This document shows positions 1 through 9,118 of a DNA stretch of 64,000 nucleotides, piece by piece. The stretch is from NCBI GenBank assembly GCA_964241935.1, contig CAXSZN010000013.1, positions 5,133 through 69,132 of the forward strand, read 5' to 3'. Both the position numbers and the translations under genes were made by a program. The first letter of the stretch is position 1. Each line of letters begins with the position of its first letter. The notes under the pieces were generated by a model. It ran no database searches and was not told the origin of the DNA. It worked only from the letters and a program-made list of their open reading frames with translations. This stretch comes from an uncultured Armatimonadales bacterium. Lineage in GTDB: Bacteria; Armatimonadota; Armatimonadia; Armatimonadales; Capsulimonadaceae.

Positions 1-120
1 AAGCGGCAGCACCTGAACACGCAAAGGGTGGTGGAAGTGCCGGTTCAGGCAAGCGGCAAGCATAACAGCAGAAACCGATAGAAGGCCGATCCAGAAAAGT
101 GCACGTTGATTTCGGTTCAT
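1..120 (-). CDS. 5' end of a signal-peptide/lipoprotein-like gene that continues beyond the left edge
   Basis: ATG at 120-118 on the minus strand. The translation MNRNQRALFWIGLLSVSAVMLAACLN.. has a basic n-region, a hydrophobic core and an LAAC lipobox-like motif. Only 40 codons are visible. Confidence 0.3.
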   Translation of the reverse strand, partial: MNRNQRALFWIGLLSVSAVMLAACLNRHFHHPLRVQVLPL

Positions 121-145
121 CTTTGCCTTCTATCGTTGAAGGATG

Positions 146-1723
146 TTAATAGCCCAGGGCCAAGCCTTCGACGCGGGGGTCGGAGCCGGCGGTTAAGAGA
201 CCGTCGGGGTCGCGGGTGATGATCTGGGAGGCGCAGGAGCCGGACCAGGGGGTGCCGACATTGAGTTGATGGCCCCGGCGGCGCAGCTCATAACAGGTGT
301 CGAGCGGGAGGCGGTCTTCGACGAACAATTGCGGGCCGTCGGGGCCGACGTGCCATTTGGGGCTTTCAATGGCTTCCTGCGGGTCGCGCCCGTGGTCAAT
401 CATCTGGGTGATGGTCTGGAGATTGGTTTGCACCTGCACATCCGCGCCGGGCGTGCCGCCTGCCGCCCAGAAATCGTCGCCCCGCAGCAGCATAAACGTG
501 TTCAGCGTGTGCATGGGGCGCTTGCCGGGCGCAAGCACGTTGGGGTTCTTGGGGTCTAAGCTGAAGCCGGTCATGCGGTTGTTCAGAAGAACGCCGGTGC
601 CGGGGACGACCACGCCGGAGCCGTAGCGGTGGAAAACGCTTTGGATCCAGCTTACTGCGTTGCCGTGGGCGTCTACGACGCAGAACGAGGTTGTGTCGGA
701 GCCGCCGCTGACAGTCGGCAGGCGGCCCGGCGAGTAGCGCGGCGCGGCAGTCTGAAGCTGCAGCCGCTTGCGCTGCTGCGCGGCGTACTCTTTGGACAGC
801 AGGGTTTGCAGCGGCGTCTTGGGGACATCGCCGAGGTAGGCCAGCCGGTCGGCGAAAGCCAGCTTTTTGGCTTCCGCCATCAGATGCACGGCGTCCGGTC
901 CTTCCGGGTCCAGCGCAGCCAGGTCGTAGCCTTCCAGAATGTTCAGCATCTGCAATAACAAGCAGCCCTGCGAGACCGGCGGGTTTTCGGTGACAGTGAC
1001 GCCCCGGTAGGTCGTTTTGATCGGGTCAGTGACAAGTGTTCGGTGCTGCGCCAGGTCAGTGGAGGTGAAAAAGCCGCCGTTTTGATGGGAGTAGTCGAGC
1101 AGCTTTTCGGCGAACTCACCTTCATAGAACGCTGCCCGCCCGCCGCCTGCAATCTGATGCAGGGTTTGGGCCAAATCCGGCTGATACAGCGTTGCGCCGG
1201 GCCGCAGGGTGCCGGGAACCAGCGCCGCGCCGGAATGTGCAAACTCGCGCCACAGAAAATCGTGTGCCCCGAGCAGCGCGGCTTGCCAGGCGGGCAGTGC
1301 GTAGCCGTCTTCCGCCAGCGCGATGGCCGGAGCCAGCACTTCGGATAAAGTCATGGTTCCCCAGGTGGACAGCAGGGTCGTCCAAGCATCTACCACGCCG
1401 GGAACGGCAGCCGCACGGATGCCGCGCTCGGGGATTTCGCCGCCCATCGCCTCTAAAGTCGCGCCGGCCGGGGCGATGCCGCTGCCGTTCAGCGCGGAGA
1501 GCTTGCGGGCGGGCGCGTCCCAGATTTGGGCAAACGCATCGCCGCCGACATGGGAGTTGTGGGGTTCCATGACGGCCAGCGCCGCACCCATCGCGACAGT
1601 CGCGTCGGCGGCATTGCCGCCGACGCGCAGTATCTCGATGCCAATCAGCGAAGCGATTGGGTTAGCCGAAGCGACCATTGCCGTCTGCGCCGTTCGAAGC
1701 GGCGTCCGTGTCGGGATTTCCAT
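146..1723 (-). CDS. ggt: gamma-glutamyltransferase family protein
   Basis: 525-aa ORF. It has the N-terminal VASANPIAS..GGNAADA region and a GGSDTTSFCVVD autoprocessing-threonine motif typical of GGT/Ntn hydrolases. Confidence 0.85.
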   Translation of the reverse strand: MEIPTRTPLRTAQTAMVASANPIASLIGIEILRVGGNAADATVAMGAALAVMEPHNSHVGGDAFAQIWDAPARKLSALNGSGIAPAGATLEAMGGEIPERGIRAAAVPGVVDAWTTLLSTWGTMTLSEVLAPAIALAEDGYALPAWQAALLGAHDFLWREFAHSGAALVPGTLRPGATLYQPDLAQTLHQIAGGGRAAFYEGEFAEKLLDYSHQNGGFFTSTDLAQHRTLVTDPIKTTYRGVTVTENPPVSQGCLLLQMLNILEGYDLAALDPEGPDAVHLMAEAKKLAFADRLAYLGDVPKTPLQTLLSKEYAAQQRKRLQLQTAAPRYSPGRLPTVSGGSDTTSFCVVDAHGNAVSWIQSVFHRYGSGVVVPGTGVLLNNRMTGFSLDPKNPNVLAPGKRPMHTLNTFMLLRGDDFWAAGGTPGADVQVQTNLQTITQMIDHGRDPQEAIESPKWHVGPDGPQLFVEDRLPLDTCYELRRRGHQLNVGTPWSGSCASQIITRDPDGLLTAGSDPRVEGLALGY

Positions 1724-1778
1724 GCGCTACGTCCTCTGCTATGTGTAAATATACTTTACAATGTGGTAAAATAAGTTT

Positions 1779-1998
1779 ACCAGAACGGGTAGGCATTCGC
1801 TAGAACGAATACCCACCCGCCGTCAGTCTACTTTTTCAGTAGTTGATGGCTCGCAGCGGCTGCTGACGCGACTGCCGCGATAATCTGCGTAATCACTCTG
1901 AGTTTCAGAGCGAACCGCTTGGGTACTTGCTTCAAGAGACTTCACCTCCTTTCGGCAAGATTGAGAAGACAGCCCCGAACAGGCTGTCTTTTCGTTTT
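1779..1998 (+). ncRNA. candidate cis-antisense RNA covering small ORF copy 1
   Basis: Plus-strand extended -10 TGgTAAAAT at 1764-1772. The plus-strand hairpin AGACAGCC(1967-1974)/GGCTGTCT(1982-1989) is followed by TTTTCGTTTT, an intrinsic-terminator shape. Transcript ends are inferred, not observed. Confidence 0.35.
1828..1935 (-). CDS. small hydrophobic/basic peptide, 35 aa (MKQVPKRFALKLRVITQIIAAVASAAAASHQLLKK), candidate type I toxin-like membrane peptide, copy 1
   Basis: AGGAGG, a 9-nt spacer, TTG at 1935-1933, and TAG at 1830-1828. It is below the 60-aa cutoff of the ORF track. The paralog at 2093-2200 differs largely by synonymous or conservative substitutions. Confidence 0.6.
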   Translation of the reverse strand: MKQVPKRFALKLRVITQIIAAVASAAAASHQLLKK

Positions 1999-2043
1999 CA
2001 TTATAACATCGTTTTGGATAACATACTGTGGTATAATCGCAGC

Positions 2044-2262
2044 AGCAAAACGGGCAGGCATTGGCTGTCACCAACACCTGCCCGCCGTCAGGCTACTTTT
2101 TGAGTAGCTGGTGGATCGCAGCGATTGCAGATACAATCGCGGCGATGATTTGCGAAATCACTCTGAGTCTCAGAGTGAAGCGCCAATTGCCTTGCTTCAA
2201 GAAGCATCACCTCCTTTCAGCAAGATTGAGAAGACAGCCCCAACAGGCTGTCTTTTCGTTTT
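2044..2262 (+). ncRNA. candidate cis-antisense RNA covering small ORF copy 2
   Basis: Plus-strand extended -10 TGgTATAAT at 2029-2037. The hairpin AGACAGCC(2232-2239)/GGCTGTCT(2246-2253) is followed by a T-run to 2262. Confidence 0.35.
2093..2200 (-). CDS. small hydrophobic/basic peptide, 35 aa (MKQGNWRFTLRLRVISQIIAAIVSAIAAIHQLLKK), copy 2
   Basis: Same architecture as copy 1: AGGAGG, 9 nt, TTG at 2200-2198, TAG at 2095-2093. By hand alignment, 9 codons differ only synonymously from copy 1. Replacements are mostly K/R, T/S, V/I and A/V. Confidence 0.6.
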   Translation of the reverse strand: MKQGNWRFTLRLRVISQIIAAIVSAIAAIHQLLKK

Positions 2263-2357
2263 CATTGTAGCACTTCCCTCGCATTAGTTCTAAGCAGGAA
2301 ACGACGCTTAAGCAGGCGAACTTAGCAGAGATTTCGCCATCAAGAGGAGACTTATCC

Positions 2358-3407
2358 ATGCCTGAGCCAGCCGCCCTCATTCTGCCGTTTGACTTCGCCC
2401 ATGCGCCCGAACATGAATACCAGGCGATGCACCGCTTTGCCAACATCATGCAGGCGGAAATCCTGCCGGATGACCCGCCGACGCCGCTGACAGAAATGGT
2501 GGCGGAGATGCAGAATATGCCGGACTTTATCAGCGCGTTTGCCTGGGCGGCCTGGGATTTAGAGCAGTCGCAGATTGTCGGCAGCGCCAATGTCGGCTTT
2601 ATGAAGACCGAGGAAAACAAGCATCTTGCCTGGTGCGATCTGGGCGTTCTGCCGGAACTCCGGCGGCAGGGGATCGGACGGCAGCTTCTGGCCGCGATTG
2701 CCGAGGTGCCGCAGCGCGAAGAGCGGCGGCTGCTGATGTTCGGCACCAACGCCCGCGTTCCGGCGGGGGAAGCCTTTTTGGAGCGGCTGGGCGGCGAACG
2801 GGCGATGGAGTCGCATACCAATCAGCTTGTCTTGGCCGATCTGGACCGGACACTTTTAGACCAGTGGATGCTGCCGGACAGCGCGGGCCGCTTCACGCTG
2901 GAGTCCTGGGAAGGGCCGCATCCCGAGGACCTGCTGCCGGCGATCACTGCCCTGAATGAAAAGGCGTGGAACACCATGCCGCGCGACGCCATGGATATGG
3001 AAGACATACACTTCACGCCGGAGCAGATGCGGCAGATGGACCAGCAGACGCTGGCCGGCGGCACCGAGCGCTGGACGCTGGCAACCCGCGAGGCAGCTTC
3101 CGGGAAGTTTGTCGGGTACACGGAAGTTTTGTGGAACCCCAGCCGCCCGCAGATACTGCGTCAAGGCGGCACCGGCGTTTATCCCGAGTATCGTGGCTCT
3201 GGCCTCGGGAAGCGCCTTAAAGCCGTGATGCTGGACCGGGTGCTCCGGGAGCGGCCGGAAGCGCGGTTTGTCCGCACGGGCAACGCCGACTCCAATGGCC
3301 CGATGCTGCGGATCAACCACGCGCTTGGCTTCCGGCCGTACCTGTCCCGCACCGAATGGCAGGTAGAAACGGGGAAAGTGCTGGCTTATCTGGGCGTGTC
3401 CGCCTGA
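2358..3407 (+). CDS. two-domain GNAT family N-acetyltransferase
   Basis: 349 aa with two acetyl-CoA-binding-like motifs, LRRQGIGRQLL and YRGSGLGKRLK. Confidence 0.75.
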   Translation: MPEPAALILPFDFAHAPEHEYQAMHRFANIMQAEILPDDPPTPLTEMVAEMQNMPDFISAFAWAAWDLEQSQIVGSANVGFMKTEENKHLAWCDLGVLPELRRQGIGRQLLAAIAEVPQREERRLLMFGTNARVPAGEAFLERLGGERAMESHTNQLVLADLDRTLLDQWMLPDSAGRFTLESWEGPHPEDLLPAITALNEKAWNTMPRDAMDMEDIHFTPEQMRQMDQQTLAGGTERWTLATREAASGKFVGYTEVLWNPSRPQILRQGGTGVYPEYRGSGLGKRLKAVMLDRVLRERPEARFVRTGNADSNGPMLRINHALGFRPYLSRTEWQVETGKVLAYLGVSA

Positions 3408-6400
3408 TTCTGGGCGGTGACAGCCTGCGCGGCTGTCCGGGCACGCTTTGGGCGGGACGGGCGGCTGATCAGCGGCGCGGCAGGATTGCCGTGGGTGACC
3501 TGGTTCCGGCCCGATTCTTTGGAACAATACAGCGCTTTATCCGCACACGCGGTCATTGACTCCGGATTTGGCGTATCCAGCGAGAGGGTGCAGACGCCGA
3601 GGCTCACCGTCACCGGACGCAGGTCCCAGTCTCCTCCGGCAATCGCTCCCCGAAGACGCTCGGCAATGACCAGCGCCCCGGCTTCGTCTGTTTGAGGCAG
3701 GACGATGACAAATTCCTCGCCGCCGTACCGGGCCGCGACATCCGTATCGCGGGCGGCGTGTTCCAGGGTCTGCGCGACTTGGCGCAGCACGGCATCGCCC
3801 GCCGGGTGGCCGAACGTGTCGTTGTACTGTTTGAAGTGGTCTACATCCAGCAGCAGCAGGGACAGCGGCTGATGGTAGCGCACCGCGCGGGCATGTTCCT
3901 CCGCCAGCTTCTCGCCAAAAATCCGGCGGTTCTTCAGGCCGGTCAGGCCATCGGTAGTCGCCAGCTCTTCCAGCGCTTTGTTGGTGTTCTCCAGCTGGCT
4001 TTTCTGGAACTCTAAAACAACCGTGTAGTCTTTGATCTGCTGCTCCGCCTGCTTACGCTCGGTCAGATCGTGCCAGACGGAGAGCAGGACCGGCTTATCG
4101 CCGAGCATCACTTTCGTTAATGTCACGGCGACCGGGATTTCAGCGCCGTCCAGGGCCAGGCGTACCCATTCAAAGTGATGAGTGCCGTTTTGCCGGGCCA
4201 GCGCACACATTTCATCGCCCTTCTCGCGGGACCCCCGCCCGTCCGGCTGGCGCTCCGGGGACAGCCGCGCCGGATGCACTCCCAGCAGCCGCGCCTTGTC
4301 GGTGCAGCGCATCATCGCCAGCGCCGCCGCGTTGCAGTCAATAATGCCGTCCTCATCAAACAGCAGATGCGCGTCGGAAGACTGCTCGAACAGCACCCGG
4401 AACCGCTCTTCCGACTGGGCACGCTCGGTGACGTCAAAACAAACTCCGATGATCCCCGTAACCGCCCCGGACGCATCGCGCTGCGGCTTGAGTTCGACAT
4501 GCAGGCACAGCGCCTCGCGGCGCAGATCATAGGAGACCGTCTCGCCTGCAAGGGCGCGGCGGGAGCAAGCATCCACGGCAGGATCGCCGCCGCTGAACTC
4601 AAAAATCGACCGGCCCACCGCTTCGCCCGGCGCAAGGCCGAGCGCCGAAAGACCGCTGCCTTCGGAAAGCGTAATCACGCCGTTTCTATCGGCGGCGTAC
4701 AGGATCACCGGAGCGCTGCCCAGCATGGCCCGCAGCGCTTCCTCGCTGCGTCGCAGCGCATCTTCCATACGCTTGCGCTCGGTGATGTCGCGCACGGCGG
4801 TCACACGCGCGGGCAGGCCGTTCCAGACAGCAGTGCGCCCGCGAACCTCCATCTGGAACGTGCTGCTGTCCCGGCGCTGCCCAACAGCCTCGTAGGCAGA
4901 CTCTTCGCCCTCGGTGACTTTTTGCGTGACCAAAGCCTGCGATTCGGGAGCCGCCAAATCTTTGCCGGCCATTCCAACGATTTCTTCTCGGGCTTGGTAG
5001 CCATACAAAGACAGAAACGCCGGGTTTGCGTCCAAAATAACGCCGTTCTGGCTGACCGCGATGCCTTCAAACGCCGCATCCGAGAAGTAGCGCAGCCGGG
5101 CTTCGCTTTCCCGCAATGCGTCCTCCGCCTTCCGCCGGGCCGTGATGTCCCGCGAGATGCAGGACAGTCCGACGACCTCTCCCTGAGCGTCATGGAGCGG
5201 CGAGAACGTCAGCGCGAGGTTCAGGACCGCACCGCCCTGCTGATGCCGCACGACTTCCACCGGTTTCAGAGGCTCCCCGTTCAGCAAACGGGCAATCATG
5301 GTGTCCACCACGCCTTTCTGCCCGTTCGGAACGAGAACATCAGCGTGATGTCCAACTACCTCCGTCTCAGCGTAGCCGTAGAGGCGATTAGCGCCGGCGT
5401 TCCAGCTTACAATCGTGCCGTCCAGAGTCATTGCCAGGATTGCTTCTTCCGACGATTGAACAATGGCCGCCAGCCGTGACAGCTCCCTTTCAATCCGGCG
5501 GCGGGCCGTAATATCGTACATGGCCGCCACCGCACCGAGCTTCTGGCCGGTGCGGCTGTAAATCGCCTGACCGGAGGCAAGCAGGGTGCGGGCAGGAGAA
5601 TCGCCTGGCGCGATGACCATTTCGGCGTCTCGCACTACCTCGCCGCTGAAAGCTCGAAAAAGAGGGATCTCTTCCGTTGCAAGCGGCGTCATGCCGTCTG
5701 CGTGATACAAGTCGAAGTGCTCCGCCCACTGCTCCGGCGGCAGCGGCTCTTCGGACATGCCATGAAACTCACGGGCGGCTCGATTAAACAAAGTCAGCTT
5801 CCCGTGCGCGTCGCAGGCGACAATCCCGGACTGCAGGCTTTCCAGCATCGCCGATTGGAAGTCACGCTCCATTTGCAGTTGTTCTTCAATCTTCTTTTTC
5901 GCCGTGATGTCCGTAAATGTCAAGACAGCAGCGTAAGCAGCCTCCTGACCGATGCGAAACACCGGGGCGGCTGTCACTGCCAGCCAAACCACTTCCATGC
6001 CGGGCCGGCGGATGCCCAGTACGACTACTTCCTGGGGACAGGCAGTTTCCAGAGCCAGGCGGCCGGGATGCTGGTGAGACGGCAGGTCATCTCCATTTTC
6101 CCGCAGGAGCTGCCAGTCTTGACGCAGCAGCGGCTGCCCGACCAGGCTTTGGAGACCGGCCGGGCCAGTGCCTAAAATCCGCTCCGCCCCGGCATTGCCG
6201 AGCAGAACAACGCCGTCCCAATCTACGACGATGTACCCTTCCTGCATGGCATTGATGGACTGGGCAAATAGGTTCCGGCTGTCCTGAGACGCGGCCAGCG
6301 CCTGACGCATCTCGCCTTCCGCCGCCCGCAGCCGGAGCAGCAGCAGGCTGGAAGCGGCCAGCGAGCAGAGCAGCCCGGCCAAGCCGAGGCGCAGCAGCGT

Positions 6401-6922
6401 GGACGCCGCGTGGTCTCTGGACGCCGCTTCCTGGGCAATCCGCCGGGTCAGCGCATCGGCAGCCAGCCGCATGGCATCCGCCGTCCGCCAGTCCACCTGC
6501 CCGGTCTGCCGCAGTGATCCGGAAAACTCGCTCCAGGCCGGGTCCGCCGCCGCAGCCGCCTCGGGATAACGCGCATGCAGACGGCCTTCAATATCAGTCA
6601 TCGCCTGCATCTGCGCCTGCCAGCCGCTGTCTGACGCGCTGCTGTTGTCTGACGCGCTGCTGTTTTTTCGAGCGGCTTCATAGACCCAAAGGCTGCGGTA
6701 GCGCAGTGAGCCGCTCAGGTTCACGTCTTGAAACGCACGGGCCGAGCGGCTGCCGGCTCCCATCGCCACCAGCAGCAGGGCGATGGAAACCACGCCGGTC
6801 GCCGCCAGCAGCCAGGCCAGTGTGCGGTGCCATCGGTGCAGGCCGGTTTGAGCGGAAGCGCCTGGAAACAAAAAGGAAGTCTGAAAAGAGGAAAAAGTCA
6901 CCGCGAGTTGTCTGCCAATCAA
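3386..6922 (-). CDS. membrane-anchored multi-PAS sensor diguanylate cyclase (GGDEF)
   Basis: 1178 aa. It has an N-terminal TM - periplasmic-type region - TM, several PAS/PAC-like blocks (..DITARR/DITERK..), and a C-terminal GGDEF domain with RYGGEEF. An in-frame 18-bp duplication gives NSSASDNSSASD. Confidence 0.85.
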   Translation of the reverse strand: MIGRQLAVTFSSFQTSFLFPGASAQTGLHRWHRTLAWLLAATGVVSIALLLVAMGAGSRSARAFQDVNLSGSLRYRSLWVYEAARKNSSASDNSSASDSGWQAQMQAMTDIEGRLHARYPEAAAAADPAWSEFSGSLRQTGQVDWRTADAMRLAADALTRRIAQEAASRDHAASTLLRLGLAGLLCSLAASSLLLLRLRAAEGEMRQALAASQDSRNLFAQSINAMQEGYIVVDWDGVVLLGNAGAERILGTGPAGLQSLVGQPLLRQDWQLLRENGDDLPSHQHPGRLALETACPQEVVVLGIRRPGMEVVWLAVTAAPVFRIGQEAAYAAVLTFTDITAKKKIEEQLQMERDFQSAMLESLQSGIVACDAHGKLTLFNRAAREFHGMSEEPLPPEQWAEHFDLYHADGMTPLATEEIPLFRAFSGEVVRDAEMVIAPGDSPARTLLASGQAIYSRTGQKLGAVAAMYDITARRRIERELSRLAAIVQSSEEAILAMTLDGTIVSWNAGANRLYGYAETEVVGHHADVLVPNGQKGVVDTMIARLLNGEPLKPVEVVRHQQGGAVLNLALTFSPLHDAQGEVVGLSCISRDITARRKAEDALRESEARLRYFSDAAFEGIAVSQNGVILDANPAFLSLYGYQAREEIVGMAGKDLAAPESQALVTQKVTEGEESAYEAVGQRRDSSTFQMEVRGRTAVWNGLPARVTAVRDITERKRMEDALRRSEEALRAMLGSAPVILYAADRNGVITLSEGSGLSALGLAPGEAVGRSIFEFSGGDPAVDACSRRALAGETVSYDLRREALCLHVELKPQRDASGAVTGIIGVCFDVTERAQSEERFRVLFEQSSDAHLLFDEDGIIDCNAAALAMMRCTDKARLLGVHPARLSPERQPDGRGSREKGDEMCALARQNGTHHFEWVRLALDGAEIPVAVTLTKVMLGDKPVLLSVWHDLTERKQAEQQIKDYTVVLEFQKSQLENTNKALEELATTDGLTGLKNRRIFGEKLAEEHARAVRYHQPLSLLLLDVDHFKQYNDTFGHPAGDAVLRQVAQTLEHAARDTDVAARYGGEEFVIVLPQTDEAGALVIAERLRGAIAGGDWDLRPVTVSLGVCTLSLDTPNPESMTACADKALYCSKESGRNQVTHGNPAAPLISRPSRPKRARTAAQAVTAQNQADTPR

Positions 6923-7055
6923 GTTATTTTATACAGCCATGAGAATTACTTGGATTATTGGCGAAGAAACAGCAAATAATCAGCCAAAAACAAACATGGT
7001 TGTCCGCTTTTGGCTGTCTCAAAATACCAGTTTTTAGAAAGTTTTGTTTGCCGCG

Positions 7056-7637
7056 CTACCGCAGCGGCAGGATCATTTGCAGGCCGAAGCCGCGCGAATC
7101 CGGCTGAATGATAGGAGACAAAATGAGGCCGCGCGGTTCGGACAGCTCCAAACGCGCGGTGCCGTAGCCGAGCAGCGCACCGGCGATCACATCGCGCCCG
7201 TAATGCCGGTGCAGGCGAATCCGCGAGTACGAAATCAAAGTCGCGCCGGTGAACCAGGCAGCGGTCTCGTGCGGATGCAGGTCGCTTTCAACTGCTGCCG
7301 CCGCAAATGCCGCCGTGGCATGGCCGCTCGGAAAGCTGTCGTGGGCATTCGAGTCGGGCCGCTTTTCATGAAACAAGTTCTTGAAGCCTTCTCCCAGCAG
7401 CGTGGCGGTTCCAATCGCATCGGCGGCCCGCAGAGCATGATTGGTGCCATGCTTGCCATCAGACAGCAGCGGCAGACCGACGGCGGCGGCCAAGTAGATG
7501 ACATTGCCGCTGCCGGACGCAAAGTTAGATGCCTGACGTGCCGGGGAGTCGGCAAAAGCAGCAGGCGTGGCAGCAAGCATCATAGCGCAAGCGGCACCAA
7601 GGACGGCGAGTTGACAGCAGGAAACCAGGGTAGACAT
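7056..7637 (-). CDS. PAP2 family phosphatase with signal peptide
   Basis: All three PAP2 motifs are present: KNLFHEKRP, PSGH and SRIRLHRHYGRD. Confidence 0.85.
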   Translation of the reverse strand: MSTLVSCCQLAVLGAACAMMLAATPAAFADSPARQASNFASGSGNVIYLAAAVGLPLLSDGKHGTNHALRAADAIGTATLLGEGFKNLFHEKRPDSNAHDSFPSGHATAAFAAAAVESDLHPHETAAWFTGATLISYSRIRLHRHYGRDVIAGALLGYGTARLELSEPRGLILSPIIQPDSRGFGLQMILPLR

Positions 7638-7687
7638 AGAGGAAGTTCCAATCTAGATGATACGAATTGGCAGGAATGCGAGAAAGT

Positions 7688-9118
7688 TCACTGCTCATCC
7701 TTCGGCTCGCCTGCCGCCGGACGGCGCGGCGGGCGGCGCGAAGGACGCACGGCAGCGGCGGCCCGAATTTTGAGAAGGCGCGGCAGGGCAAAGAACCTGA
7801 CATAACCGCCCCACGCTAAGACAAGAGCGACAAGCAAAAGCCCTGCGCCCCACGCTTCAGCGCCGGGCTGGGTGAAAACGCCGACGCCCATCGCCACGAA
7901 GACCAGGGCCGTAAGACCCGGCAGCCACAGGCCGCCGCTCATGCGGAACGGCCTCGCCCGGTCTGCGTCTTTGAGTCGCAGCGCGATCACGGCGGCGGCA
8001 GCAAGCGCATAGATGAACGCCTCGGTGGCAGCGGCTAGATTGACCAGCAGCACAAAGCGCTGAGACCAGTAAACAAGCGCCGAGACGGCGAGGGCGACAG
8101 CATACACGAGAAACACGGCGCGGTCGGGCGTGCTGAATCTTCTGGAGATGCTGGACAGCTTTTGCGGCAGGACTTGGTCACGGGCCATGCCGTAGATGAA
8201 CCGGCTGACCCCCATCAGCCCGGCGTTAAACGTCGTCAGGGACATGCACAGGCTGGTGCCGATCATCACCCACCGGCCCGCCGGCCCCAAAACAAGCCGG
8301 GCAAACTCTACATGAGGAATTGGCTGCCGCCCGCCTGCCGGGTCCAGCAGAAGAAGGCTGCGCGGCATGAGGCCGGAAAACATTGCGGTCGCGACCAGCG
8401 CATAGGCCAGCACGAGGAGGCCGACCGCGAGGAACATGCCGGTCGGAATGGCGGACGGCGACTTGACTTCATCCGCCAGCGGCGTCACCCACTCGAAGCC
8501 GACAAACAGGAAAATCGCGACGCCGACCGCCTGAAACAGCGGCCCCACCCCGCCGGTGTGCAGCGGTTGCGGCACTTGAAAATGAGCATGGGAGAGCGCA
8601 AGAACGCTCAGGACGGCGATAGACGCGACGACCGAATAAGTCAGCACGTTTTGGAACGTCCCGGCGATCTTCAGGCCGCAGAAGTTGAAGCCTGTCGCAA
8701 GCGTCAGCATGAGAAAAATCCAGACCGGCGGCTTCACGGCAGGCAGAGCATCGCTGAGAACATGCGACAGCACATACGCCTCGGTGCCGACCACAAGCGT
8801 CACCACCGACATGTAAGTCAGCGCGACCACCAGCGACAGCGGCTCGCCAAAAGCTTTGTTGATATAAAGCCGGATGCCGTTGACGCTCGGCCACATGCCG
8901 TTCAGCTCGGAAAACGCAGCGGCGGCGAGGGCGCACAACGCCCCGGCGACCGCGATGGCGATCCACGCCGCGTCGCCCGCCAAGTAGCAGGCCATCTGCA
9001 CGACCACCAGAAACGTAGACGACGCAAATGTCAGCCCGGCGCTTGTGGACACCACTGTCGCCAGCCCGATGGTGCGTTTAAGCTGCGGCCCGGCAGTCGT
9101 CTTAGGGTCTACTCCCAT
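7688..9118 (-). CDS. APC superfamily amino acid/polyamine permease
   Basis: 476 aa, about 12 hydrophobic segments, typical APC N-terminal region, and an Arg-rich C-terminal tail. Confidence 0.8.
   Translation of the reverse strand: MGVDPKTTAGPQLKRTIGLATVVSTSAGLTFASSTFLVVVQMACYLAGDAAWIAIAVAGALCALAAAAFSELNGMWPSVNGIRLYINKAFGEPLSLVVALTYMSVVTLVVGTEAYVLSHVLSDALPAVKPPVWIFLMLTLATGFNFCGLKIAGTFQNVLTYSVVASIAVLSVLALSHAHFQVPQPLHTGGVGPLFQAVGVAIFLFVGFEWVTPLADEVKSPSAIPTGMFLAVGLLVLAYALVATAMFSGLMPRSLLLLDPAGGRQPIPHVEFARLVLGPAGRWVMIGTSLCMSLTTFNAGLMGVSRFIYGMARDQVLPQKLSSISRRFSTPDRAVFLVYAVALAVSALVYWSQRFVLLVNLAAATEAFIYALAAAAVIALRLKDADRARPFRMSGGLWLPGLTALVFVAMGVGVFTQPGAEAWGAGLLLVALVLAWGGYVRFFALPRLLKIRAAAAVRPSRRPPRRPAAGEPKDEQ

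Larger units (their letters stand above)
1762..2275. repeat. two tandem ~265-bp direct repeat units, each carrying a small ORF plus promoter and terminator signals on both strands
   Basis: tgtggtaWaat..aacgggYaggcatt..ctactttttSagtag..ggaggtga..agacagcccc(g)aacaggctgtcttttcgttttcatt recurs at 1762 and 2027. The offset is 265 bp with a 1-nt indel. Confidence 0.9.

Noticed and set aside
1823-2077. 84-aa minus-strand ORF spanning the junction of the two repeat units
   Set aside because: That frame is not conserved in the second unit, where the equivalent frame hits a stop at 2207. It has no RBS. The 35-codon frame is the one showing synonymous and conservative divergence.
4175-5479. 434-aa plus-strand ORF. 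Similar long antisense ORFs occur at 8162-9220, 16667-17857, 19445-20482, 48078-48950, 49319-50377 and 61322-62401.
   Set aside because: All are antisense to genes with clear domain signatures or better composition. They are Arg-rich, low-complexity translations expected by chance in high-GC DNA.
6630-6665. 18-bp direct duplication (NSSASDNSSASD) in the cyclase, and 15-bp duplication at 55965-55994 (AEHDSAEHDS) in GH38
   Set aside because: Both are real but in-frame and lie in predicted linker or signal-proximal regions. They are probably neutral slippage events, noted only as evidence of frequent short tandem duplication in this genome.
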